A stretch of DNA of 64,000 bases from Schmidtea polychroa (Eukaryota), in contig CM097885.1 of NCBI GenBank assembly GCA_044892525.1, positions 38,194,001 through 38,258,000 of the forward strand, in the 5' to 3' direction. Under the pieces are notes generated by a model. The model saw only the letters and a list, made by a program, of their open reading frames with translations. It did no database searches and was not told where the DNA came from. The translations under genes and the position numbers were made by a program. Positions 14,358 to 26,405 of this stretch are shown piece after piece (position 1 is the stretch's first letter; each line of letters opens with the position of its first letter).

Positions 14358-15476
14358 TTAAACCTTTGCACACGTATATATGAGTTGCATCTTCAATCGC
14401 TCTCTACCATCTCGACCTAGTTTCTTACGTTTTGGTTTTCCTGGCTTACTAGGTGGATGGATTTCCGCCAACTCGGTGGCCAATGGGTCTTCTGACTCAG
14501 TTGCGTTTCTAGCGCTCGGACTTGTATCTCCAACACGCGTATTTCCGTTTATTCCTGCGATTTGGAGCTGCAGTTGCTTGATTTGTCGGTGACGTTTTTT
14601 CATGTCTTCGGGGCTAAATCAGGTGCTTTCTAGTTCTCTGCACCACCCCTCCACTTGTTTCTGGGCTTGTTCCCGGTCGTTTCGCAAATTCTCTAGGAGT
14701 CTGAACACTAGAAAACACAAACCATTAAATTGACTCCTTGTCTGTTCTGACTTTTCTTAACCACAATATGGTAAGGTGAAGCTTCATAATTTTATAAGTT
14801 AACATACTCGCAACCCACCAGAAATACATCAAAGGCGGATTCAATCTCGTACCACCCATCCTGACCCAAGCATATTATCTTAAATCTTTAATGACTAAGA
14901 TTGACTTGGCTGGAAATATCGACTGGCAGTAACATAAGTCTTAAATGATACATGTATTAAATTACTAAATTATAATTATCAAAGAAAAGGGAATACACGG
15001 TACGTACGCCCATAAACCATCATTACACTGATGTCTAGGCTTTAATTAGAAACACTCAAAACTAAAATTGATTGTTAGATTCCCCGAGGATTGGTGAATT
15101 CAGGATTGCTGCTGATCGTCCCGAGGAGTGACCTTCCGGAGTCTCTGCGTTTCCGAGGAGGGGTCGGCTCGACTTCGGCCTCCTCTATTGATTTGCCAGC
15201 TTCTACGGCACGAATCTGGGCGTTGATTTGTCGAAGTTTATATTTAGCGTCTGCAACCGCCATCTCGGTCTGCGAGTGGGCTTCTTCCAGCAGGTTGTTG
15301 TAGGGTTCCTGCTCGACCCACGCCGGGGCTCCAGGTTTCAGTCAGGTTCTGATAACTGGGCCAAGGTCTTCCGGTCTTCCCGTCATCCAATCGTGGATTT
15401 GATACCAAATCCATCTGGTTCTGAGTCTCGTGATGGCTTCGGCTTGCATTCTTCTTCGTCATTGTCGCTGGGACAT
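14358..15476 (-). pseudogene. Two-exon coiled-coil gene of unknown function, copy 2, inside the giant LTR (exons 15476-15133 and 14707-14358)
   Basis: Donor GAAG|GTCACT and acceptor TTCTAG|TG at positions equivalent to copy 1; IHDWMT, AKYKLRQINAQIR, FRLLENLRNDRE, EIRVLEIQVRALETQL; stops and frameshifts. Confidence 0.6.
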
Positions 15477-15894
15477 TTCTAAATTCCTAAAATGCGGGAC
15501 GATGACGGCCATCATGTTGATAAAACGATACTTTGGTTATTGCCGAAGATATTTAATTCATTCTGTTTTAGAACTTATCCTTCTCAGTTTATAGTTATGG
15601 AAAATATCAATTCAATTACTTTATCATTTTCAATTTGCAGCCATAAGAAAAATATCCACTCGAGTATTTTATCATTTTCTATTCACAGCTATATGGAAAG
15701 CATCATTGTGATTATTTTATCGTTTCAATTCATGGCTATAAGAGTATCAATTTAATTACTCTATCGTTTTATACTTATATGACGAATCTCAATTTGGTTA
15801 TGTTACCATTTTCGATCTATAATTACATGAAAAATAACAATTTTGAAGTTGTTAGGTATAATTATACCGGGTGTTTAATCATCCTTTGAAGCCT

Positions 15895-16460
15895 GGTCAT
15901 TATCATAATCATCCACGTTTCTCGACACTGAACAGGGTATCTATGCTGACAGAGCAACTCGTACACTTCATCGGCCACCTCATAATCTGACAGACAAATG
16001 GAACCTGTATCATTAACTGTGGTGATTTTCTTGACTTGAAATTTCTCAATATCTGCCTCAATCCTGGTGGAGGACCACTCTGTTCAAATTGATTCATAAT
16101 ACTCGTTACAAAATTGTCGAAACTTTGATCTGAAATATCTACGAATCGGATCTAAAATCCAGCGGCAGCAATCCACCAAATAAATTTGATATTAGTTGGC
16201 CAAAAACACTATTTCTGTTATCAGGATCTCTTGGAGTCATAAAAAGGAACCATCAGTTTCGTTTGTAGTACTTCCATTTTCCATTGAGTTATCACTAATA
16301 TGAAAAGCATTCAAGGCATCATCATCATTTTCCATTGAGTTATCACGAATAATTCTTTCAATAAATCCATCATTGCACGTCACACATTTATCATCCTGAG
16401 ATATGTGAACGTCCTTTTGCATTGAATATCATAGTAATTATCTTTATTAATTGAAGTCAT
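15895..16460 (-). pseudogene. Intronless RNF115/RNF126-like RING-H2 E3 ubiquitin ligase pseudogene (probable retrocopy)
   Basis: N-terminal zinc ribbon NYYDIQC..DVHISQDDKCVTCNDGFIERI; DNFVTSIMNQFEQSGPPP (RNF126 family has TQLLNQFENTGPPP); degenerate RING-H2 ICLSDYEVADEVYELLCQHRYPVQCRETWM. Confidence 0.75.
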
Positions 16461-16499
16461 TAAAGAACCAAAATCCGAATATCAATTTTATTAACCTTC

Positions 16500-18100
16500 G
16501 CGCAAATTCCAATCTTTTAAACAAAATCGCTCACAATTACATAAACAAAATTCCAGCAATTCCCTGATTACAAACCGAAAATCGATAAAACTCAAAATCG
16601 AAATATAATGATACCACAATTATCCGCGTCTGTGTGGGCACACAAATCCATCTAACAAAGTAAAAAGCGCACACAGACGCGAGATAAACTAATAATTAAC
16701 CATCCTCCCCCCTTGACACCTTGGTGTCAATCTCAAATCCCCATTAACTTCTTCTTCTTTTATGATCAAACATAATTTGAAGATACATCTCAATATCTCC
16801 TTTCCTTTACATCTAATTATCATTGCACATAGTTTTCTTTCTTCTCCAGGAATCTTCGATTACCCTCCCCATTGGCTGCTGCAACTGCCCATTATGCCGC
16901 ATTTTCAGGAATTGATTGATTCGCTCTATTTCCCATATCAATTTATCTCTTTCCCCCTTCATTTTCTGCATTTCCCGTGTCAGTTTAACCCTTTCCCCCT
17001 TCATTTCCTGCATTTCCTTCGCCATCCTATCACTGTCAGCCTTCACCTGGTGAATGATTTGCACATTTCCATTCAATTCTTGGCATTTTCTGTCGACAAG
17101 TTTCATTTGCTGTTCCAATTCCAATTGATTGATAGATTCAATTTGCTGATTTACCGATTTGACCGTATCATTTCTGCACCTGTCATTTATCTCGATATCC
17201 ATCTGATCCAGTTTGATCCACAAATTATTCTTGCTATTTCTCATCATGGTTTTCAGCTCTTGATTTTTTTGCTTTATCGCATTGATTTCATTTCTTAATG
17301 ATTCAATTTATTCATCTTTTCTCATATCATTTATCTTTAGCTCATTCAATTTATCCTGATCCTCAGTTCGTAAATCCTTCTTTTCAAGCCTTTTAGCTAA
17401 ACTTCGCAGCTGACTTTCTGCCATTTTATCATTATTGGGCAAAGATGTTGGTGACCCTTTCCATGGCACCTTCACCTCGAAATGTCCGTCTATTTTCTTC
17501 ATCTAAGATTTTGTTTTATCATAACTCGCCTGGTCTTTCGCTGCAAATACATTTTCATCGCAATTACCAAAGAACGTTCTTATGAAATTGCTTTGATGAT
17601 TCCAAGTTCTTCCCACTGAGGTTCTTCCAACACATGTCCAGCCAAGTGGAGTTAGACGGGCAATCGGTTCATCCAACTTACCATCGGTTTCTTTGAGTGC
17701 TCGTTGAAGCGTTAAATAATCAGCCCCAATTAACACTTCAACTGCCTGTCTTTCGTCTAGCATCGGAAAATGGATGCCCTTAAGGTGAGTCCACTCATGT
17801 TTTTCTCTCGCTTAATTTACTACCCTCATTTCTGCCGTGATATTTTTGACGGACAGTGCGTTGAAGTTTTTCGTCAATCGGCCGTCATTACTAATTAACT
17901 TCATGTCACTGGAGTAGCCATCATTTGTTGGACATTACCGCCGATAACCCCTATCGGTGTCCTCTTTTTAACCCCTTTTCAACCAAGCTCCTTTAAAATT
18001 CTTAGATTGATGTAGCTTACTGAGCTTGCATCATCTAACAGTGCATTGACTTTTATTTTCTTGTTCCCATTTTCCAGGTAGATTGGAATTGTTCTTAGGG
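16500..18100 (-). mobile_element. Internally deleted BEL/Pao LTR-retrotransposon remnant: protease region, coiled-coil ORF 16813-17247, PPT and start of 3' LTR
   Basis: VNALLDDASSVSYI (Pao-type protease), VLIGADY, ARLTPLGWTCVG, FEVKVPWK...LPNN; purine tract 16703-16714 on the minus strand followed by TG at 16702. Confidence 0.8.
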
Positions 18101-21100
18101 GGAGGGGGGATTGTCCTTTTGCAAAAATTTATTATTTATAGATTTAGTATTCTTAACATTAATTTGAGTTGTTATTCTACTTGAGGGGGTATTTATGCAA
18201 AATTTATAATTTTATGAGTTCCTTTTCAATTTATATGTAAATTAACATTATGATCTGGGGTGGATTAAGATTTTTAGGAATTAATAATTAAAATAATATG
18301 TTACAAATAGTAAAATTGAATATCTAGAATTAACATTAATGGGAATAGAGATAGTTATGGAGGTAGCCCGAGGTTTTTAGGGATTATTTTGGTGAATGAA
18401 AAGTATACATCAAATAATAAAAAGTTTTCATATGTAATAATTATAAGAATACATATACACATGGGTTATAGGTAATGAGATTAAATGATTATAGAAATAA
18501 ATATACCCATGGGTAGAGGTAAATCGCGATTTTAGGTATTTATGATCATTATTAAGCAAAATGATAATACTTTCTGATAATGTAACTAGATAATTAACTC
18601 ATAGGAATAAAATAGTCAATTAGTCAATTAATTATTGATACTGAGAGTATTGTAGAGGTTTTTAGTCTGGTGTACTTCTCCATTTAAGAGTCTAATGTTA
18701 CATATGGTTTCACAGATTTTTAATGTTAATTTAGATGTGTCATTTATTTGTGCAAAAGATAGTCTTTTAATTAAAATTTGCTTACGTTCGTGGCTGCACT
18801 GTGCTCATTACGGTAAGCCCTAATGTTATGTAGATCGATGCTACAGCAAAAATACTGTAATATTGAAAGATTATTCATTTTCCATGGATTTCAGAGAACC
18901 TCGTCGTACCAGGGGGCATTTACCGACGAACTTAGTGGCCTATACCACTAAGTCAGTGCAACCTCCGACGAAACCAATTCATTTAAATACATATACGTGA
19001 ATGCTGCAATCGCCATAGGTTGTGTACCCAAACGACGAATATGAATGATTTAGATACAAGACTGGCTTGGTTCACGTGTCAATATATGATCACTTCGACC
19101 CTAGTCACTCTTGTGGAAATGAAGAATAAAATCAAAAAAAGACTATGACCTCGTATAATATTTTATAAATGAAAATTGACAATCATATAATAGAATGAAT
19201 GAATGGTTTTACTTTTCGACAATAATGCTGGATACACAAAATAAAAATTTGGCATAACGAGTGTTTTATAACTTGAAACGTGCCGGTATTTATACCTGGT
19301 TTTCGGTGTGTTAGTTGGTGTGTATGCATTAGTGCATTAAAACAAATCCGAATTCTTTTTATTCTGGAACTTCCTATTTTCAATTTTTATCTATTTTTTC
19401 CGGCGATTTTTTTGCAATAATTTTTTTTTATTTTTTAAAATTTTAATTTGTAATTATTTTTTGCTAAAATTGCCTCCATGTTGGATTTGGGCATTTCCAG
19501 AACATTCCATGTTATTTTTAATCTAATTCTTAATTTTAAATTGTTTCTGTAACTTTTTCTTGAAAATTTCTATTTTTTAACTAAAAATTTTATTTTCTAT
19601 TACTTTTATTAGGTCTTTCGGCGACCATAATGGACTACGCGATTTTTATGGATTGTTCTGGATTTTTTAATCGAAATTAGCTGTAATTTTTTCTAAATAA
19701 AATTTTTATAAAGTTTTATTTAATTTTTTCGAATCGCCTTGCATCAGATTTGTTTTTCAGTTATTTTATGTTTTTTGATTAGATTTGAGTAAAGTTCAAT
19801 ACTTCTTGCTATGTTTTATTTTACTTTTATTTGTGTGTTTTATATTTTGGGTATGTTTTTCTTCATTATTAGTGTTTAGTTGATGTTTTTATTTTAACTA
19901 AACTTAAGGCTGAGTTGCATGCTATGTACCGACACCTTTCAGTCACGAACTTAGTTTTTGTGTCTAGAAATCAGTTCTAGCCCAACAATAATGTCGCATA
20001 GGTAACGTATTAGTTGATTTCAAATGATTGAGTGAGGTATGATGTCGTCTGTTACTGTGGTTTGAATGGACATAACGACAAAAAGAAAATAAGGTGCCTA
20101 AAATAAATGGCGACTGGTCCTCGGCAATTAAAAAAGAGGTTAACGAAAATTATAATTGGCCCTTTCAATTTTTGGATGCAATTAAGTTGCATAGTTCCGT
20201 TTCCGTGTCTACTGCAAAATACTTATTGTATACTTACCTGGCGCGAAGAGAAATCTTTGCGTCTCCTGTATAGTACTGATGAGAGCCAAAAGCTCGAAAC
20301 TAGTCTACTGCATTTGCACTGGGTATCACAAAGCTTGTAATGTTTATATTATTTTAATATTACACATCCGTAAAAATATTTTACACCATTAAAAAACCCG
20401 TTGTAGTTATCCAATTATTTTTATTTTAGTGTTACGGTTGATGGAGAGCATGCGAGTGGATAGGGACGCGGTCCTGCAGATGATCGAGAAGTTACAATCC
20501 AGAGTCTAGAATCTCAAAGCCCGGTTCCGAGAGATGGAACACACCTGGATTCGTCGATGGGATTTGAAAAATACCTGTAACAGATCCAACATCTGCAGGC
20601 GCATAGTGCCCAAGACTAGATGGAGATCATGACGTTGAGGATTAAAATGCGACAAATGAAGACTCAGATAAATCAGCAAATGGTGGATCACCACGTGGCT
20701 AAGCATATCGATCTGCTGGTCCCAGTGGAACTACTTCCGGGCGAAGTACGAAGTGGCCATGTACAGGAATCAAGAATCCCGCCAGATCGAGTGTCAAGGC
20801 ATTGTAACCAAGGAAAACGAGAGCTAATCCGACGACATGATTGAAAGGAAGCCCGTATCACAGGGTGTTCGGTGAGAAACCTGATGAATCTTGATTCCCA
20901 CTGTGGCATATGTAGTATCAATAAATGAATTGTCAATACTGCTATTATGACAGTGAAATATCCAACCGATTTAAATTTTCATTAATAATTAAAGTATAAC
21001 GAACAGTTTAAGATTTCCCGCTTCGGGTTTTCGATTTTTTAACATGCAGTTTATTGTTGCTTCAAATAAAACCAAGCCTATGAATGAGGGAATCTAGAAT

Positions 21101-21753
21101 TGACTTACAATGTAATTTCAGGAGAGCAACACCTGCAAATAGAACGATTGGAGTTGCAATAATTTCGAGCGGTACGGCCGGAGCTGCAAGAACCCCTTAA
21201 TATAGCTGTAGAATCCATGGGTGCCTTAGTATGGATATGCGATAGAAGGGGCCCAATACGCGGAATGTCAATAGAACTTTCCGGTACTATGTTATAGATT
21301 GAAAAAAACCTAGAGAAACCATTGTTATAATTCAGAATAGTTAAATAAAAATCAGGGTTTCATAGACATCATCAAACCCACAAAAAAACAAGACTGTTTC
21401 ATTATTTTATTTATGAGAAGTTGAAAATTAATCATTGAATTCGCATTTTCCTTTTTATGTTAATATTTTGAAATTATTTTGGTTCATTCATTATTATTCA
21501 CACAATTCATAAATAGGTTTGATGGAAAATTATAATTAAAATTTTTAAATTTATTAATATATAAATTGAAAATATGCCAAAAACTTTCAAAAATTACTTT
21601 AAAGATTTAATTGAAAAATACCTTTCCACATTAAATATTTAAGATTGTTTAAGTAGGCAAAGAGTTCAATTATTATTTATTAAAAGTTTAAATTTGAAGT
21701 TTTTGTTGTTTGTCATAAGGATTTTTACTTGGTTCTGAGGACGTTTTTATTAA

Positions 21754-22699
21754 ATGTCTCAAAATAATATTGAATTATCGAAGCAATTTGCAAATATGAG
21801 CGTTAATACTTGGTCACATTTAATACATAATGAAGACTATAAATCCATATTTCAATCATTGACTTCTGTAAAAGTTGAAGCAATTAAAGTATACTTAAAG
21901 GATATAATGGTAATTTAAAATTTTATTTGTGCTATTAATATTTATTGTATCTTAGTTAATTTTGAAATCAGACGATAATATATTTAAATTTATTAATAAT
22001 ATCGTAGACATTTTGAAAACTGATTTAAATAACTGGCAAGCAATTGAAAACATTAAATCAATATTTAATGACTTAGATGTGGTTTATGTAAGTCTGTCTG
22101 TTCCTGCAAGAACTGAAAAGTTAGCTTTTGAAAATATAAATAAAATTATTGAAAAAGTTTTCACAAATTACATTAATGATGTAGAAATGCAATTAGTAAA
22201 ATATATTAACAGTCATGATGTTGATTTATATCGTTTGCATATTATTCTGCTGAATTTTACACAGCTGTTAGAAAATAAAAATTATGAGCCACTACTTTAT
22301 CCAATGGCCAAGTTTGGAGAACAACTCTTCGTTAAATATGATATAGTTGAATTGCAACCTTTTATAGTGGAATTTATTTTGCATATTAATCATCGTTTGG
22401 TAAATTATCTAGCTGTTGTTCCTGGTAAATCAGTGTCGAAGGGATTAAAAGAATCAATTTTTATTTATGAAAAAGTCAGAAGTAATATTATATGTCTAAT
22501 ATATGTAGATCCAGAAATCATTAAAAATGCATTGAGTATTCTTGAGCATCGTTCAAGATTTTTTGGACTTACCGCTGATGCCATTCCTGAAAATGAAAAT
22601 CATGGTGATTATATTGTTGTCGATCCTTTGAACACAGCGTTTGAAGACGATGATGTCTATGATGATTATGAAAGATTCTTAGCAAATCTGCCCTCCTAA
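21754..22699 (+). CDS. Two-exon host gene (21754-21909, 21956-22699; 299 aa), helical protein, possibly divergent PAIP1/MIF4G-domain protein
   Basis: 46-nt GT-AG phase-0 intron joins the frames. LSILEHRSRFFG resembles the LELRSSNWG-type end of the PAIP1 MIF4G domain; acidic tail DDDVYDDYERFL resembles the PAIP1 C-terminus. Product call tentative. Confidence 0.7.
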
Positions 22700-23515
22700 T
22701 CAATTTTTGCTGTCGAATGTAATTGTTATGGAATTATAAATTATTTTGTTTTACACCTTTATCAATTAACTTTTATGGTATTCTTATATTGTTTACATAG
22801 ACTAAATTACAGTTAATAGATTTTAATAATTTAATTAAGAAATTTTAAAGTAATTTAATGAAATCCTGTTATTTAATATCGATGTTTGCAGGTGTGATTT
22901 TTTCCATGGCTTCGTTTTAAATAAAAGGTTAATTATTATAATTAATAAATCTCTTTACTGTTATTTTTTAAATGGCTATAACAATAAAAATTTCAAACGG
23001 TTTTATTAAACTAAGCAATTTTGTCTTCGCTATGGCCTAGAAAACTGATTTTAAAATTAAAACAAATATTTTTATGTAATATAATATAATACATTTTGAA
23101 TTTAGTTTTTTTCATTAGAATAAATTCTAGTATTATTGTAATAAAATTACTTTCAACCCTTAAGATCTAATAAAAATAATAAAACTTAGAACTTTTTTGG
23201 GCTAAAACAGAAATAAATTTCAGTTGTTTTTGCATTCACAATTTCATCAATAACAAAGCAAAACCGATTAAACTCTTAATTATAAAGAGAAATAATAAGC
23301 ATAAAACTAAAATAATAACTAAAGAAATAGGTTTATCGTGGAATTCAAAATAAACATAACAAGAAATTAAAGGGTTATAATAATAATAATAATCACACAT
23401 GTGCAACATCAATTACATGTGGTGGGTTACAGGTAATTCAAAGTTTTTTCCTCGTCTTGTTGTTTCCAGCGTAACCAGAATACAATTGACAGCTGACCAC
23501 TTGGTACCCGTTGAG

Positions 23516-23517
<2 letters not shown>

Positions 23518-23607
<90 letters not shown>
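23518..23607. repeat. (TA)n microsatellite, about 90 bp
   Basis: Direct reading. Confidence 0.98.
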
Positions 23608-23610
<3 letters not shown>

Positions 23611-24048
23611 TCAATATAGTTTTAGAATTTATAGGTGACTACTCTAGCTTTATAATTTATACTTTGTAAGTTCTAATTTATAATTTTAAGGAAAAATCAA
23701 ATTTATATTTTGTACTTGGATAATTATTTACAATTTATACGCTTTCCCAAAATTTATCAACCGATTCGTAGTGATATTTTCTTACAAATTTTTTTATTTT
23801 TTTAATATTAATATTTCCATCAAAATATTATGGTTTGTCAGAGTAGCAGACTAAGTCAAGAATATTTAACTATCGTTCATATTCTTTGCAACAATAATGT
23901 AATAGAATAAAAGAGAATAAAAAAATAATTCAACGAGCTAAAAATCACTTTTATTTTATTTATTCATTTCAAGAGATACAAAATATACATAAAAAAACTG
24001 AACATAACAAAAAAATTGTGAAATTGCATATATTAGTAAATATTATTG

Positions 24049-26233
24049 TTATAAAGTAATTATATTATTTAAATATTTCCAAATAGCTAATTGATTTTCA
24101 GTATATTCTTTCGGTTTAGATTTTTTAATCCTGGTATCATCTGCCGAGTTATGGTTCCTCAACCAAGTTTTTACATAGGGAACTGCGTTCCAAGCTTCTA
24201 ATGGACGACCAACTAAGTTTAATGTCATCAAATTTGATACTGTCTGCACTGTTAATCTGGCTCTTATATCAGCAATTATGATGTTCATCAATGAAAATCC
24301 TCGTTCTGCTTCAGCACTGCTAACGGCAACCATATTAACCATATTTTTCGCTTTTTGAATGTTTTCTGCAATTTTACCAATTTGCTGATAGTCATTGTTT
24401 ATTATATTTTCTACATAATCACGAAAATCATTCTTATCGATATCAAAATTAAAGACTTTTCGAAATTTATCAAAATTCTTTTCGGCCTCTATCCACGGAA
24501 CTACAATATCTTCAATTTTCCATGTGCTCGGCTCTAGCAAATTGGCTAGCTTATAAATAATGCTATTATCAATTTTTTTTGTTACTATTTGATCCGAGAT
24601 GAGAGCAATCCATCAATCTTAATTTCATATTTTTTATGATGCTGTCGATAAGGGAATCTCTGGGAAGGTTTCCATAAATTCTGTTTTCGACGAAGATAAT
24701 GTTTTTGAATGCTTCAGAGTTTATAACTTCATCCACTTTTTTTTTGTAATGACCGCGACGATCTTTGAGAATTTGAAAAGCGTTAATTGTTCTTCTAATC
24801 AGTTGATTTCCCCTTGCAACATTTATATTTCTAGCTTGAAGGGCATTAGATAGTAGAGAGCACTCCTGTAGGATGTCAATCATTAGAGCTAAATCTACTA
24901 GAAAACATTTGTTTTGTAGTCGTTTTGCCATTCCAGACATTTTTTGGTTAGAAGAGAACAACGTATACAAAGCAGGGTAGCTCCGCCATACAGCAAGAGC
25001 AGATCTTAGGCTACACGCAGCCCATCTTGGTCCTAACACTCTTCCAATCTTAATTATTTCAAAACTAAGCTCCTGGGAAATATTATTCAGTTCTTTTTGG
25101 TTTTTATTAGATTGATGAAAAATACAATATATTTTGTCCATGAAAACTTTAAAATGATTAACCTGTTTGATATCGTTTATGGAATAATCTAAAACAAGTT
25201 GTAGACGGTGATTGAGACAGTGCCAAATACTAACATTTGGAAATATTTCTTCTATTCGTACACTGACTCCAGATTTACAACCGAGCATTACGCTAGCACC
25301 GTCAGAACAGAATTCTATTAAATTCAGTTTTAAATAATTTGTATCAAATCCAACAGCAAGCAATACACCCAACAAACTTTGAAAAATAGTATTCGCATCT
25401 TGTGCGCCAATCTCCACAATATCTACGAACATTATTGGGGATATTTCAGAATATTCTACTGTAGAAGATTCTACTTTGATGAAAACTATAAGCGTTGATT
25501 TACTGGAAATGGTGGAAGCTTCATCAATAACAGTACAAATTTTTAAATTATTCTTAATAATCGATATAAACAATTCTTTTTTTAGTTTCTTGCGCGATAT
25601 GCTTTACTATCTTACTTGCACTATGTCGAGAATGAAGTCCGGTTCCCATGTCCAACCCGTTTTTTACTTGAAGCTCTATTACACTTTCTATGTTTGAAAA
25701 CGGACGGTTTCTTTTCGCTAGGCTGTAAACAGTGTTGAAGATTCTTGTAGTAGAACTAATAAATTTCTCGTTCATTTTATCGATGCATGATGTAAAAGTT
25801 TGTTTTCAAGTATCTTGGCATGTTCAACAGATAGTTTGTGTGCTTTTGATGCAAAATGTTCACTCATTTTTTTCCTTAAAGATGCTTGTTGCACTATTTT
25901 GTCTTTCCCCGATGTCGTAACTTTACATTTTTTCCATTCCTGAGTTATTAGTTTTGATTCCATTTTTAAACAATACTCACATCCCAATTTCTGATTACTG
26001 ATAAATAGCCCATCATATTTAATTTTAAACTCCTTCAACTGTTTCGCATTCCAACAGCTTGGTAAATTATTATTGTCCTCATTTTGGGAACTAGGAATCT
26101 CTAGTATTTGTTCCTGTAAAGTTATTGAAACTGCTTCTGTCTCTGTTATAGTCGACCTGCTATCATTACTTACTGATGTTTCCTCTCTTATTTTTTTCGA
26201 GAAATATGTGGTTAACATATTTTGTCTCTTCAT
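24049..26233 (-). pseudogene. KIAA1586/ZNF862-like hAT transposase, frameshifted
   Basis: IDEASTIS, FCSDGASVMLG, WHCLNHRLQL, PRW and SSAEAERGFS motifs across four ORF pieces. Confidence 0.88.
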
Positions 26234-26405
26234 CTTCAAAAAATAAAATAGGTATTTAAAAATAAATTATTTAACTTAGTTAGATATCTGTTTGTTTAAA
26301 TAATTTGGAATTGGCGGTTTTGCGAATTAATTAAAACTTGTTATTTAGAAATTCTTTGATTAAATATATATTGTTAGTTTCGAGATTTTTGCTGCAAATT
26401 TAAAG

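Larger units (their letters stand above)
14029..19987 (-). mobile_element. Diverged solo giant LTR (same family as 41723-46815) containing a BEL remnant and an E3-ligase retrocopy
   Basis: 14029-14260 aligns with 41724-41950; ends in AAATCAGTTCTAGCCCAACA at 19987; conserved blocks at 18780-18830 and 19240-19987; flanked by ATAA / ATAA. Confidence 0.85.
13591..20880 (+). pseudogene. Two-exon coiled-coil gene of unknown function, copy 1 (exon about 13591-13969, exon 20430 to about 20880)
   Basis: Phase-1 donor GAAG|GTAATA at 13969 and matching acceptor TTTTAG|TG at 20430; peptide similarity to the copy at 14358-15476; in-frame stops and a frameshift. Confidence 0.6.
12365..21382 (+). mobile_element. 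Putative solo LTR of a distant relative of the giant-LTR family (about 3 kb native), interrupted by the 14029-19987 LTR
   Basis: Start TTTTGGCTAG resembles TGTTGGGCTAG. End GGGTTT...AAACCCACA resembles the GGGTTAC...GTAACCCACCA terminal stem. TGCA..TCA.TGCA motif then TATATA near 12777-12802. Carries a homolog of the LTR-borne gene. Flanks GAAA / AAAA. Confidence 0.4.

Noticed and set aside
16156..16178. TGGTGGATTGC as a PBS after the BEL LTR
   Set aside because: It lies within the RNF-like frame (LFGGLLPLDF) and no CA LTR end precedes it
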